Source: Octopus vulgaris
Lineage: Eukaryota
NCBI GenBank assembly: GCA_951406725.2
Contig: OX597831.1
Location: 17,050,001 to 17,114,000, forward strand
Length of the DNA stretch: 64,000 nt
Direction: 5' to 3'
Below are positions 43,896 through 59,231 of this stretch, piece by piece; position 1 is the stretch's first letter, and each line of letters begins with the position of its first letter. A model generated the notes under the pieces. The model worked only from the letters and a program-made list of their open reading frames with translations. It ran no database searches and was not told where the DNA came from. The position numbers were made by a program, and so were the translations under genes.

Positions 43896-43899
<4 letters not shown>
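43679..43899. repeat. ~90-bp inverted repeat (MITE/foldback-like)
   Basis: acgatatagtgcatatttatac..gctagattctgtaaatcac pairs with gtggtttacagaatctagc..gtataaatatgcactatgtcgt around a ~40-nt spacer. Confidence 0.85.
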
Positions 43900-43943
<44 letters not shown>

Positions 43944-44079
43944 TATATGTATATATTGCATCTAAAAATAGAATGTTGAACTTTGTCAAACATTTAAAAA
44001 AAGATGTTTTTATGCTCATAAATTTCAGTTAGCGCTTTCATACATCCATAGTAATCATTAGAGTTCGAGGCGTATTATA

Positions 44080-45560
44080 CTGACGGTTGTATTCTACTAC
44101 AGCTGTAGTAAAATCATTGACTCCTTTTTGGTACTTTCTAGATTGCTCGAAACATTTGAATTTTTCAAATACTTTTTGCCCATTGGTCATGTAAATTAAA
44201 CGTCACAGTTTTTAGGGCGAACCTATAATACTGGCATTGATCCCACCTTTATGCCAACCTATTCGATTGCTCTTCACATGTAATGGTTTTATGAGGGAAC
44301 ATATTTAGTCGGTTTCGTTCGTTTTGATATCAATTGGTGGGAGTCTTCTGTAATTTGTTTGTATTCATATGCTAAAGATACTTTTAAAATCCAATATGTT
44401 AACTTGTTGCTATGTTATTTTCATTATTTCTCTTTTCAGCGGCTTTGAACATTTTAATAAAACGTTTTCCTTACATCCTCCTCCTAGCCTTGCTTCTCTC
44501 ATGTAATTACGATCACATGTTCCCATATGTTCGCCCAATGGAATTCGGCGAACATTAGTTTTCTAGATTTGTTGTCTCCTTCACCTCGTGAGCGTTCTGA
44601 TAATGCATTGCCTTTCTTTCCGATATATAGTTCCTCGCAATTCGGGCATTTATTTAAATAGATCAAATTTCTACTTTTGCAATTAAACCCTGAATTTGCG
44701 ATAATCTGTCTATATTTGTGCTGTAATCAATCTACCAGTATTGACACGTTCCACATTTGCTATCATCACACTGGATACTGTGAATATTTTATCCTGTTTG
44801 TTCATAGCGAATTTTCCCTTTGTTGATAGTTTCTTTAGGTTATATGGTTGCATTTTGCTTAAGATAATTGTTTGATTAGTCTTTTAGTTTTTCTTTTAAT
44901 TTTTCACTTTGTTTCTGATTGGCAAATTCGATTTGATACTGTGAATGATGTTTTGGTGATGCGGATTCTGTGTTACTAGAAAGGGTACTGTGTTCCTTTG
45001 ATGGGTTCCTCTTTCTTGTGTTGCTCGAATTCGTGTTATAGGTATTCTTTTGTTCATTGTATGCTATTTTCCATAAGTAGGGGACAATAATTTTGCTGGA
45101 ACATAAATCTTTTGAGTTCTAGAAATCACATCCCAGTATTCAGTGCCTGAAATCTGAAGCAAATCGCATCACCATAGCTGTGAAACAAATTTGGAAGTAG
45201 CTTTGTTCGATAAAATGTAATTATTGTTTTTGAGGATGTGGCTGAGCGCATCTAGTATGAAGGTTTACGGGGAATCACTTTGCTATTTTTCTAGAATGAA
45301 GCTGGGTGTGTGACTAGATAGATGTTACTCTAGTGATGCGTGGAAGAGAAGCTGTTTCAGCTGTAATGTGTCTTAATTGAAAGTTTTTTGGTTGTTGTTT
45401 TATGTATTCAATAAATTGTTTTTTTATTGCGTTTTGTATTTCTTTTGAAATATGCATTTCAGGTAAACCATAGACGTTGCTGCATTTCGACTCGAAATTG
45501 GTTATATAGCCTTTACATTAGCTATGGGAGAGTTATGATATTTTAAGGATAACTAATTGA
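44080..45560 (-). mobile_element. Penelope-like retroelement relic (RT plus GIY-YIG endonuclease)
   Basis: Minus strand ILKNNNY..TAMVMRFA (RT) and FNCKSRNLIYLNKCPNCEELYIGKKGNALSER (GIY-YIG). Confidence 0.85.
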
Positions 45561-46964
45561 TCTTTTTTTGCAACCATTATTTATAAACCGTAAGCTTATT
45601 CGTTAAAATAAAAGCGGGACCAATGCAAGTAATATCGGCACGACCGCAACACCATGACGTTTCAATTGCAAGCGCATTCGTCAAAATCGTCACACTAAGC
45701 TTTCATAATGGCATAGAATTATACCTTATTACATATATATATATAGAGTTATTTAAGCCGGAAATTTCGATTGCTTCAGTTTCTGGATACCCTGTCCACG
45801 TGTGTGTAAATGGTTATATATTTATGTATGGATGTATACATTTCTCTCATTTGCATGATACTATCTTCAAGGTAGATGTTTAAATACATATCTATTTTTT
45901 TTGCAGTTCTAAACCAAATATATGTTGGACAAATCTGTCATTAACCCGGTGAGCAGTAATAAATATTTAATGAAATATATGTGTTCTTATTTATCTGTGT
46001 TTGGTCGGATATGTAAATTTATTATTACATTCCTTCAGAGTTATTTTTGTTGAAACTGTACCACTAGATTTGCACCCTAACTGTTGATATTAAAAACAAA
46101 ATCTTTATCGAATACGCCATTTTGTCAATTCCCGTGAACTGCATATGCTTGAACACAGATGTGGTTACTAAATAAATGCTTGTGTCTGTATGTGAACAGG
46201 GCAGGGAAATAAGCTACCAGAACTTACCTGGCAATTGTACCAAAACTCAATTTTTGTTTTTACAATTTGCCTTGTTTGATTTTAAAAAATTAAAAACTAC
46301 TAACATAAATATATATGGAATTGTGAATCGCAGACATTTTACACCACAAAATGGAAGCATAATAGCGGAATATGTTCCAGGCTAATGGAGTTTTTTTTTA
46401 TGTTGGGGATATATACTGAACTGGTGCATGAATGTATACACATTTTTTTTTTTACCACCATAGCACCAATATTTATGGTAGAGATAAGCTTGTGGGTGTA
46501 ATGACTGAAAGAATATCTTCCAGGCAAGGGTGAAAACAATTGATTAGAGATCCATACAAATCAAACTTTTATATACAAAATATTGAGGTGGACATTGCGG
46601 AGAATTCTAAGACATTTCAATTGAAGACGGTATATAATAAACGTGATTTCAAAAATTATACAAAATAAATACCGGTAATATTTTCCTTCTATATTTTGAC
46701 AAACACATAACAACAAAATCATCATCATGAAATACAATAGTAACGATTTGAACATATGACTCAGGAATCAGGTATCTTGCAACAAAATTTTATAAATGTA
46801 TTTATATATATATATATACGTGTATGTATGTATATATACATATGTATATATTTATATATGTATTTTTTGTATATATGTACATATTTATATTTATCCTTGT
46901 GTGTGGATGGGTATGTATCGATCTGCAGATATAGGTATACACTCATATATATATGTTTCTTTAT

Positions 46965-47650
46965 TAGCCACACACGGCTGCACACAGACGGGACAAATTA
47001 CAAGGTAGAGCTTTTCATTTGGGGATAAAAAGGGGGTTTGGTTTTCGATCAATAGGTATCGTTATCACAGAAATGTCAATATAAAGTGTAAACGGGAAGA
47101 CAGGTGAAGTTTACCCGTGGAAAGAAAAGCCTACTCAAAAGACCACGGTAACCTCGGTCAATGAAGTCATATGTTACATTTTTTTTACAAATAAGTAACT
47201 CTCTGTATTAAATTTTTACCGTTCATAGGATCATACTCAATGTGGCTTCGTCATTCATACGTGCCATCCTTGCTATATTCACCCATCTTTTTTAGAACAT
47301 TCACTAGACAAAACTTGCCTCTCTACTCTCACTTTCCTTTTCAAGTGATACTTGAAAAAGTTGATGAGAGATTGACCAGAGAGGAAAGTGTATATCTCTA
47401 ATCCTTTCAGGCACGTCCACGAGATACATTCTTTCGCCATAGCCACAAGTATGATAAAAATGGCTCTTTCTTCCCGTTTGAAGGAAGGAGGCGTGACGAT
47501 ATTAACGATAGACTCGGCTGATAAACCGACTCGTCCCACACGTGACAGCAGTTGTTCGACATAAGTCCACAGGTCGGAGATTGTTGGACACTGCACGATT
47601 TCATGCAGAACGGTTTCGTCGCTCTGACCGCATCTCTGACCGTATACACG
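46965..47650 (-). mobile_element. L1/Tx1-like LINE 3' end
   Basis: RCGQSDETVLHEIVQCP zinc knuckle followed by LW, typical of L1/Tx1 ORF2 C-termini. Absent from B. Confidence 0.7.
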
Positions 47651-50600
47651 CACTGACCGTATACACACATATATAAGTGAATGCGTTGGTATGGTAAAGC
47701 ACCTGGTTGAATATATAAAAGGCAAAATAGAATGAAAAAAAAACTACAGAAGGCTTGTGTTATATGGTAAAAGGATATATTTAAATCATTATGTTAGGAA
47801 AATGTTATACATTTTTGCGCATATTTACATTGTTTTGGGGGAAATAACCAGTTTCGTATCTCCAAAAAGAATGTTAATATATTCAAACTCTTATAACGCC
47901 ATTCTAACATTTTACATATATTCAACTATATTCTTTAACCATATAACACAGGTCTTCTCTTGTTTTGTCACTCTATTTTGTCTTTTGCATATATAGGTAT
48001 GTATACTAATAAAGAAGCTAGTAAATGTCTATAGAAACATCACTATATTATGAATACTTTGTGTACGTCTGTTATTTTAATATATCCTATATCTAGTAAT
48101 ATGAATTGGAAATAAACTTAAAATACTATGTGTCTCTTAAAGTTTTAAGAGCCACCGTGCACTCCGATGTACTGCATTAAACGAGTTCTCTTTATTGAAC
48201 TTATTTTAATGTATTTTTTTCTGAAGCAGTACACAATCTACTACCTATAAGAAATGCCAATATTATAACGTGGAAAGGTGGCAGAATCATAAACGTGCCT
48301 ACCAAAATCTTACTGGCATTTCATCCGTCTTTCAATTCTGTGCTCAATTTCCACCGAAATCGATTTTGCTTCTCATCATTTCAAGATCGTTAAAATAGGT
48401 ACCGATGGGTCACTGCCGACAATATCATCGATTTTCCTACTGTTAGAAATCTTCTGGCCTTGTGCCAAAATTTGAATGTAATATATGGTGTAAGTTTCGT
48501 CGAACATATCTTTATTTTTTCATCTTATCAGGCTCGCGCCAAATGTGGCGTGGGGAATGGAAACATTATCTGCACTTCAATGCATATTCTGAACAGGAGT
48601 ATATAGAAACAGATCCCATCGAATGATCCTCTCTTGAGTTTATTATATAAAAGAGTGTCATAGAAGAACGTAGTAACAAATATATTTAAATGTGAACTGA
48701 ATTATGGACAGAAGTTTAAATATTTGGAACGTACTCGAATGTAAAAATTACGCTCAAAAATAACAAACAGTCATCTAGTGAAATACTAAATGCTAAAGCA
48801 AATGATATCGAACCCTGTACCTCTCAAGTTCGAACTCTGTGCCGTTCAGCTCAGAAATCCCTTTATTTATAACGCTAAATAAAATCATTTGGAATCTCAG
48901 AAAAATCAGTAAAGACACTAAGAATTGCCAAGTCAGTTGGTAGTCTACAGAAAATAAATCAATACTCGAACGCAGGATAGGTGCGGAAAGAGCTTATAAA
49001 TCGTAAATACACTTACAAGACGGAAGAAAAAGTGAGCAGTACGCCTTTAGAGAGTATCGATACCTACACTTCTCAAATACCGGCTGAGCAGTAAAAACAC
49101 TGAAAGAGAATGGTATGGGAGTTTAAAATTGCGATGGGAAATATTCCAAAGATGGGGATATAGATATTACCATGAGAAACATTAACAGTGCTTAGAAATT
49201 CTTCAAATTAGAAACTGGTTATTTTCCGAAATTCTGGTTTTAAATCTCACAATGATTTCTGACAGGGTTTTGGAATATAGGAATCTTATATAAGTATCAA
49301 GACAAATGATACTCTTAATAAATCATAATGTACAATACGGGTAGAAGTCAGCAAATATAAACTTATTGCCAGCTTACTATCGCTATGGAAGTTACGAATT
49401 GTATATCAAATGTATTCCTATGAATTGTATAGTGTTATTTTGTAGGAAAATCAATTAGAAGAACAAAGGAATTTTAAAATGTGTAGAATTACTAAGGATT
49501 AAGAATATAACAGTTATTTTTCATAAGAATGGGAGGATTCTGGATAGTGGAATTGATAAAAGCATTACATGTAGACGAACCATTTCCATTCTATTGCTTA
49601 CTCTGGCAATTTTACCGAGAATATCTTCCCAATAGGATATCATAAAGCTAAGTACAGGGGAATATTCCTGGATCATATGTGTAACTCTCTTTAGGAAGAA
49701 TAATGGAATGAATGTTGAGAATTTTTTTCTTCTGCCGTTTTAATTATGAAAATAATTAGAAAGATTTTTATAACGTTTTAAACATATTAAAATTTAATAG
49801 CATCACATCGCTCAAAAGGAATTAATAACAAATTTAAGTATTATAATACTTAAATTTGTTCTTAGTAAATTACAAAAGATAATACATCCGAAGAATAATA
49901 GAGGACATTTTGAGAGTTCTTTGACGAAAAATAAATGCGTGTTAATATCCTAGATATACACGATTTGGGAAATATTTCTTCTTTTCTAAAGTTTACGAAG
50001 GCAGTTCTTCAGAAATTGGTTACAGGAACTTGAGTGCGCTGCATCCTTGAAATAATGTCAATGAGATCTACATAGAAAGATTGGAAAATACATGCGATAT
50101 ATAAAAGTAGAGAATTGACGATTAGCACGGTAATATTGTGTTCAGACAATAATGAAGGAGACACTGTTCCTGCGTTTAGGTTTAAACACAGCCATTATGA
50201 TAGGAATACAATGAAGAACGTAAGAACAAACACCAGAACAAATGTAAAAAATAGCCTGAAACTCAGAAAATGAACCAACATCGATTTTGTAATACGAAGG
50301 CTTTTCCTCAGCAAGATTCAAACGAACAGGCATTCGCTTTGACTATTTAAATACGCATGCCACAAAAATTCCAGGACGAACGGCAGTTAAAGTAGTTTTG
50401 TGACCGATTATCCGACGCTGTTTGAAGTGAATTCTCCTTCACTCAGAATATGTAGGTTGAAATAGGAATTAGAGGTAAACATTTTGGCACAGACTCAATT
50501 TAATTTAGCCATGTTATGAATGGTAGAAAAGTGTCTTGGATATCCTAGCAATGGGAACATCGTGCCGAGTGAATTTTCCATATGCCGATTATCCCGAGAT

Positions 50601-52346
50601 AGGAGAGAGAGTTACAAACAAATCGGTTAAATATATTTAACATTAGAATAAAAGTTCCTCATCAATGATAACTGCGATGGTTCCTTCTATATGTAAAACA
50701 AAACTAGCATTTCGGGTTATCACATTACATAAATGATGCCGCCACACACATAACCCTTCGCTCTTACTAAATTAATATACACAGACTCTGTAGGTCCTAC
50801 TTGTCCTCCTACAGGTCTATGGAAATATATTTACATTAACTACGGATGCTCAGTTTTAAATTTTAATTTATTTTAGTTTTATTTGTTATGCTTACACTTC
50901 ATCACTTTTATAATATTGAATGTTAACTTCAGATTTAAACCTTAAATCTTAAATTTTTTGTTTAGTAATGCAGGATTTGTTTCTAACATTAACACAACTA
51001 AGATTGCCCCGAGTCACCCTTCGTCTTTAGTAAAGTTGACGACACACACACTATGTGACGTATATCAACTTGTTTATAACTGGTTTAATACCTCCACGCA
51101 CACCCTATGGATACTGTAGGTCCCATGTCTGCCTTATTTACCCCTTGTCTCTCTGTCTTCCCACTTACGCTTTCTTTAACTCTCTGGACAGTAGTAGCCC
51201 TCGGTGTAGTGATAAGGATATAACTAATAAAAACTACCATGTAATTATCTTTCTCCCTCCACAGTGTACTCCATTCCTCCTGTCATCATTTGTCCAAATT
51301 TAGAAATGATAGCATCAGTTTGATCACTATAAATTACGCTCTAACCGTTCCCTCCTATCGTGCATTTACCTAAGAAATACCGGATCGCATTGGAATTGAA
51401 TTGATTCATTTAAACCTCTCCTGTCTCTCTGAATATAAGGAACGACAAAAATTATCATTGTTCAGGAATTTTTATTCCATTACGATATATATTGAATCTA
51501 TCCCTCTCTCACCGATGATGGAATACGCAACATATGCATTCTTAGCTCGGCACGACATTTTAATAGCTGCGATATCCCACAAGCAGCTGTCAGAAATTTT
51601 CTCTACCATTCATTATATGGCTAAATTAATTTAAATGACCTTGTGAAGTCTTGCGAACTTGTTTGCTTCACCTAGATACTTTAACATGCGCAAACACACG
51701 CTCTTTCACACACACAATCGCATGCCCATATACATATTCCCACACTGACACACTAACACATGCACATAAACACACACATATATATGCTCACACACAAAAC
51801 ACACACGTTTATCTGCATGTGTATGGGACCTTTTGATATATGTACATGATACTTAACACATTGGCGCAGAGGGAAATTATTTTAATTGCCATTACAAACA
51901 TAACACAATTCCTTGAGACATTATATTACAGGTGCATATAGTAATAGTTATGGCATTTTAATGGATCAAACACCTGTTCCATTGAATGTAAATCCAAAGA
52001 TGAAAGCTGTACGAAGAAGATAGTGCTTCAGTAAACATTAACTATTTCGAACTCCGAATTTGAATTCACTATTAATATGCTATTTCAGAAAACTTTCCTT
52101 CAAAAGAGCCAAATAATTTGTACGTTAGATATTACACGTTTTCATTACCTGAGAAAAGAAAAACATCTACAAGCTTAATTGCAAAAAACTAAGAATATTT
52201 TTCAGAACGTAATTCCACAGAAATATAGTACATACTACACTAATACATTCATGGAAATAAATTCAACAGTAACACTAATGGATCGTATCCCGCCCATGAC
52301 CTGAAATTTCAATATATGCGCGCTTCGAAAAGGCTTTGAAGGGTTA

Positions 52347-52434
<88 letters not shown>

Positions 52435-52937
52435 GTATATGGTATAAGATAAATAATTCAATGAACTGAGATATTCCATTCAAATAAAAACATATTTGTA
52501 TTAAGACATAGATGATGAAGATGTAGAAATATCAGAAAAACAACAAGTTTGCGTGTCGTTCGATTACAAGCAAATAAAACAAGCACATTGTGTACAGGTT
52601 ATCACCAACGAGTGAAAAGTACGTAAACGTACAGCCTTTAGTATTTGTTTTCGTCTGTACGTATATTTCGTTGTTGTTTGTTCGTTGGAAGTACTACCAC
52701 TGCCTGAAATTTCTATCGTTTAAATCTCTGGACACAACTGTCTTATGAAGCTTTCCTGTCTTGCCGTTAAAAACAAGAAATTGGGTGTAATGAACAGTTC
52801 GACAACTGATGAGGAGCTATCTTCTTTTCGTATTTTGCCCGTTCTTATCTCTCATGTGTTTACGTATTTTTCACTTGTTGGTGACGCCCCATAAATAATA
52901 TGTGTGTGTGTGTATATATATATGTATATATATATAT

Positions 52938-52975
<38 letters not shown>

Positions 52976-52998
52976 CGTACATGCACACGCATAGATAG

Positions 52999-53158
<160 letters not shown>

Positions 53159-53224
53159 CATACATACATATATATATGTATACATACGTATAGATAGATG
53201 CTGAACAAGAATATATTTTGTGCA

Positions 53225-55266
53225 TGGCACAAAAGATTGTACAGCAGCTAACCTGGCTCCATCAAACTCAAACACGCAGATGGGACTATCCATAATTCAC
53301 AAGACCGCCACAGCAAATAGACCCAAGTTGGACACCACCGGCAACAGCACATACATCACCTCGATGCTCCTACTGAACATCAGATGACTGCTAACACACA
53401 GTAACAGGACAAAAATCCCGTTCTTGAGTGACTTTGTTGCATGCAATCAAGCCTTATGCATAGCACTTACGGAAACTCACCTGAAACCGGGCATAGCCGA
53501 TGCAGAAATACACATACCACGGTATGTTGTACTACGGACATACAGAAAAGAAAGGAGTCATGGAGGAGTTGCTATGTACATCCGTGAGGACCTCACACCT
53601 TAGGTCCTTTTGTCATTCTCAAATTCGGTGTGTGACACACTAATTGTACATATAAGGCAACTTGGTGTAGTTATGTGTGCTACATATCGCCCTCCAGATG
53701 CCCCAAGCCATGTAAGCATGTTTGAAGTTTGCCTTATAAAAATAGAAGTTCTATTCACATTAAAACAACACATAAGTGTACTTCTTATGGGAGACTTCAA
53801 TCTACCCAATGTCAAATGGCCCGAGGACCTTTCTCTCACAGGAATGACACGACGTGAACGAGGACAGGTGATGTCCCTCCTGAACCTCATCAACACTCTG
53901 TACATGGAGCAAGTAATACTCCAACCAACCAGGGTAGGTAACATACTGGATCTCTGCCTCACAAATAATATGGATATTATCCATTATGTGAAATTGACAC
54001 CGACACTTCTCACGGATCACAAAATGGTAGAGCTGACCATGTACGGGCTAAAGGAAAGCATGGACATGCAGCCTACAAGAAACTCTATGAATCTTTCCAG
54101 CTTGAACTTCCATAAGGCAAACTGGAAACAAATTGAGAAAGAGATCCTCAAACAAAACTGGCCTGAATGTCTATCCTCACCAGACATTGACATGAAACTT
54201 CAACAATTCATGTCTGTAATGCAAGCCATATGCATATGTACAAAAGAGCAAAATCCCCAGGGAGTGGAAAATTCTAATGAAATGGCGTACACAAGTTTCA
54301 ATTCGCCTAAACAAACAAATTGAAAGCAGTGAAAAGTCCCGCCTGAAAATAAAAGTGTTGGAAATTGAAAAATGTCTTCAACTCTCCCATGAAAATGAAA
54401 GAGCTAACAAAGAAGCCCGGGCTATAGACAACATAAACATCTAACCCCAGAGCTTTCTACAGGTATGCCAAAGAAACAGCTACGGTGCACTGTAGGATAG
54501 GGCCACTCCTTGAAAATGATGGTACACTCACAGGAAAACCAATGAGGGTAAGTGAAATACTGAATGAGCAATTCAAGAGTGTTTTCACGCCTCCCCTAGG
54601 GTATTTTCAAATCAGCAATTCAACTTACTTCTTTACCACTGCAGATATAAAATCGGAGGCAGCAATGATTGATTACATCAATATAAAGGAAGACGATGTA
54701 ATAAAGGCTATAGATGAAATGAAAACAAACTCAGCTACTGGCCCCGATGGATTCCCAGCAATTCTTCTAAAAGTATGTAAGAGAGTCCTAGCAAGACCAC
54801 TGCAGTTCCTCTTTCAGAGCTTCCTTGCAGCTGACAAACTTTCAAGAAAACTGAAGGAAGGTAAAATATGCCCTATTCATAAAGGAGGTTGCAGAGCGGA
54901 GGCCAAGAACTACAGACTTATCTCTCTGACCTCACACATCAGCAAGGTCATGGAACGAATAGTCAGAAGGAAACTAATAATCTTCCTTGAAGAAAATGAC
55001 TTGCTGCCTGATACTCAACATGGTTTCCGACCAGGAAGAAGCTGCTTAACTCAGCTCCTGCAACAGTATGGCTGGGTGCTGAAACGACTGCTTAACCACT
55101 CAAATGTGGAAGTCATATATCGCGACTTTGCAAAGGCCTTTGATAAAGTGGTTCATGGAATGCTATGTCACAAACTGCGTGATCTTGGCATAGTTGGAAA
55201 ATTGGGAGAGTGGCTTCATGACTTTCTGAAGGATAGAAGTCAGATGGAAGTAGCCAATGGGGCCAG
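53225..55266 (+). mobile_element. CR1-like LINE ORF2 (APE endonuclease plus RT), frameshifted and 3' truncated
   Basis: ALTETHL, GGVAMYI, TYRPP, MGDFNLP, ILDLCLTN, TDH (APE); ATGPDG, NYRLISLTS, QHGFRPGRSC, DFAKAFDKV (RT). Confidence 0.95.
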
Positions 55267-55334
55267 ACAATACTGTTTTTTATGCTTCATACAGCTTTCA
55301 AAATTAAGATAAATAAAATTCTTTCTTTAATCTA

Positions 55335-55890
55335 AAAAATAATCTCCTTTATTCTCAACAATTATCTTCCTTCTAGCGATTAGACTTGCAAAGCTCCACT
55401 GCCACATTTCACTTGTCTATGACGGACAATACTCTTCCATTACTGTTCTGAGTCGTCTACAGAATTCATATTTTTTCGTCCAAATAATTTTGAAATCTGC
55501 GGGATAATTGATAAGCAGATGGGTCTGTGCCCGACTAATATGGTGGGCAGGTTATCGTTTCCCTTTCGAACTTTTACATTCTTTGGAATTTCGAACAGGT
55601 TGTATTTGGCGACTTTAAATTTAATAATTTTCAGGGGCCTATTCACCCAATTTCCTGAATTTTCCGATGGCACATAGGAGTCAATGAATGGTTTAATGAC
55701 CAAATGCAAGTCTCTCTCTTACTATCTCAATAATTTCGATGGCATTTTGTTCCACCAAGATTCTCAGGAGGTCATCGTCAAGCCCTACTAATCTTCCAGG
55801 ATGTGACTCATGTACACGGCTGTAGTTTCCAGCTCGTACTTTCTAGAACCACCTTTGACACTTGCTTACACTTATTGCCCGACCCTCATT
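55335..55890 (-). mobile_element. mariner relic, paralog of 3545-4075
   Basis: Shared sequence ttccaccaagattctcaggaggtcatcgtc and shared flank gataatcgaactgcactc. Confidence 0.75.
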
Positions 55891-56517
55891 TTGAAAATTA
55901 AATTCGTGATAATCGAACTGCACTCTTCAAAAAGTGCACTAAGAATAAGGTCTAGATAAAATTACCTCCTGCTTTTATAGCAAGTTGATGCAGGTACTTT
56001 ACCACGTCCCCTCCGACTTTCAGTTCATGCAATTTTTAAAAATCGCATTGCATATGCGATGACACATTATGTATATATGTATACGTAATGTTAAAATCAA
56101 TGAATAATGTCTTCAGTGGCCAGCATGTAAAACACCATATAGGTAAACATTAATATAAATATATAATTATATAGATAAGATTATAATAACAGGTAATGAG
56201 TAACAGCACATGACTAACAATTAAACAATAAGAAATATAGACAGATTCATAACAGAATTTTACAGGTTATGCTAAAAGGAAATCTTGCAGAGTTGATTTT
56301 GTGGAATATATAACGCATGGGGCTCACCTCGAATGGTTCTTGTTTTATACCAGTCAGTCTACCAACTTTCTGGCATAACACAATATTATATATTGATATA
56401 ATTCGGGCGTTATACCATTCATTATGGGTAGTTAGCAAGCAAATGCCAGAATATTATGCGATCATATATCTCTTTTGAGGAACAGTCAACAATAAAATTA
56501 CGATTTGTAGGATATAC

Positions 56518-56749
56518 TCTTTTACTCTTTTACTTGTTTAAGTTATTTGACTGTGGCCATAATGGAGCACCACCTTTAGTCAAGCAAATCGACCCCATGA
56601 CTTATTCTTTGTAAGCCTAGTACTTACTCTATCGGTCTGTCGCCGAACCGCTAATGTACAAGGACGTAAACGCACCAGCATCGGTTGTCAGGGCGATGTT
56701 GGGGGAGGGGGGCACAGACACACAAACATATACACACGTACACATACGT

Positions 56750-56822
<73 letters not shown>

Positions 56823-56988
56823 CATATATACGATTGCCTTCTTTTAGTTCCCGTCTACCAAATCCGCTCAGAAGGATTTGGTCGGCCCCAGGCTATAGTA
56901 GACAACACTTGCCCAAGGTGCCAAGCAGTGGGACTGAACACGGGACCATGTGGTCCATAAGCGAGCTTCGTGCCACACAGCCATTGCT
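56518..56988 (-). mobile_element. tRNA-derived SINE (octopus-type) inserted upstream of the D promoter
   Basis: Reverse complement of the 2740-3160 family, with tail ctttttactcttttac. Confidence 0.8.
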
Positions 56989-56999
56989 ACGCTGAAAAT

Positions 57000-57156
57000 G
57001 CAATGCAAACAATATACTAGACTGTCATGTTATCAATTAACATTTTTTATGCATGTTCAACGATCTAAAGCACATCTGTCGTTGCGTGGAAATCGTATAT
57101 TTAAAGAGCACAGCAAACATTTCCTCTTGTTATCTATCTCTTTGTGAGTAGTAAGT
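57000..57156 (+). promoter_or_regulatory. putative promoter and 5' non-coding exon, copy D
   Basis: Diverged homolog of 37345-37541, with TATTTAAAG at 57098 and GTAAGT at 57151. Confidence 0.45.
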
Positions 57157-57369
57157 AGAAAGCTTTTCATTGACTTGTTTTACATAGATTACACAACTAC
57201 ACATACACGCACGCGTACATACACAGAAATAAACACACACGCACTCATGCATACATCTATATAACCAGGTTTCTCTATTTGCACACACACATATATATAT
57301 GTATGTGTGTGTGTGAGTGTGTGTGCGTTCGTTTATGTGCATATGAACTCACATACACACACACACACA

Positions 57370-57408
<39 letters not shown>

Positions 57409-57543
57409 CATACATTAATATGCATAATGAAACATTCAGGATCTTATGTTATATATTGATGTAAAAATACAGTTTATTTCGTATTATTTCCAAAATCAGT
57501 TTGTGTGTGTGTGTGTGCGTGTGTGTGTGTATGTGTGTGTGTG

Positions 57544-57574
<31 letters not shown>

Positions 57575-58173
57575 ATTTCTGAGTGAATACGACCTTTTTA
57601 AAGTTTGCACTTATGCAGCATGAAATGTATTCATAAATGCATGAATATATGTGTGTGTACGTATGAGTGTTAACTCATATATACGTATAAATGCTATTGT
57701 GATTTTTACTTTTTATTTCCTTAAGTTTTTTTGTTACAAAAGGATAGATACTTATATCCATAGGACGACCTACCCACGATTAATTTGTGTGCTTTTATCT
57801 TATTTATTTAAATAGTTTTTAGTGAAATATTATTATTTTTCATGATATGAACACAGTCGTAACAATTCTGTAACCGTCTTCAAACTTAGCATTTGTTGAT
57901 GTATGTACGTTTGTGTGTTTGTTTGTAGATATACTTATGCACGTGTGTACACATACACGTAGATATGTATTCATATATCGGAGCATGTATGTGTCTGTAT
58001 GATTTTGTGTCTGTCTATGTATACTTGTAATCATATGTGTATATAGAGATCTGTAAACATAAATATTCACATATATGTTTGTATTTCTGTGTGCGTATGT
58101 CTGTGCCTGTGTGTGTGTGTATATGTATAAATATATGCGTGTGCGTATGCATGGGTGTATATACATGTATGTA

Positions 58174-58215
<42 letters not shown>

Positions 58216-58451
58216 GAATTTTGAATGTGTATATGTGTATGTGTGTATGTGTGTGTATCAAAATATCTGTAATAACGAAAATGCTCATAAATGTATATAA
58301 CTGGTAAAGATATTCATCTCAATCACTACGTGTTAATGATTTTTGTATATATGCGCATTATATGAATGAAAAGTGTGTGTATGTGTGTGTGGGGTGTGGA
58401 TATATATATGCATGTACGTGCATATATTTATATATGTTTATGTATTTGTAT

Positions 58452-58735
58452 GTACAGGGGTTGGACGAAATAATGAAAACAATAAAATTTCAACCAAATA
58501 TATTATAATAGGGTAGGACTGCATGTGGCAGTAATTACAACTTGAATTCTACGAGGTATGGACTCGTACAAAGTTTGAATTGTTTCCAAAGGAATTCCTG
58601 TCCATTCTTCAGCTAAAGCAGTCTCCAGTTCTTGTAGTGATGATGCTGGAGGACATCGACTCTTTACATGTTCTTCTAAACAGCACCATAAATGTTCAAT
58701 AATATTTAGATCTGGGGATTGTGGGGGGCCAGCTA
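58452..58735 (-). mobile_element. Tc1 transposase 3' relic
   Basis: PPQSPDLNIIEHLW motif and terminus tacaggggttggacgaaataatgaaaac. Confidence 0.85.
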
Positions 58736-59124
58736 AGATATTCGAGACACCGCCGCATTTAACCACGCTGCGTGAATCCTCTTTAAAAGATACCTTCTTC
58801 AATTTTTATAATAATATGATTTTAAGCCAGAATTGTGTTTTCATAGAACCGGTCATTGAAAAGACCGTTAGTTGAAAGGACCAATGAAACAATGCCGTTT
58901 TCAAATGTTTATCTATCGAACTTATTACACATGACCTTATTTTGCTCCATTCTAAACATTACTCTCCAACTAACAGGAACGTGAATCTCTGAGCAACAGA
59001 TTGTTTGATAATTTCAATGCTTTTTAATAAGGCCTATTACGCTGCCTCCGCTATTCGAGGACTATTTTTTACACTTTGTTTTGCATTTATGTGCTTACAC
59101 TGGGTGTATGTATCAATAGATACG

Positions 59125-59231
<107 letters not shown>

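Larger units (their letters stand above)
37010..49500 (+). repeat. tandem segmental duplication unit C
   Basis: Starts atatttgtaactttatggaataaaata, as unit B does at 23101. Collinear with B. Confidence 0.9.

Noticed and set aside
53610-55312. Longest ORFs as a host gene
   Set aside because: Frameshifted CR1-like LINE ORF2, truncated before the catalytic YADD region.
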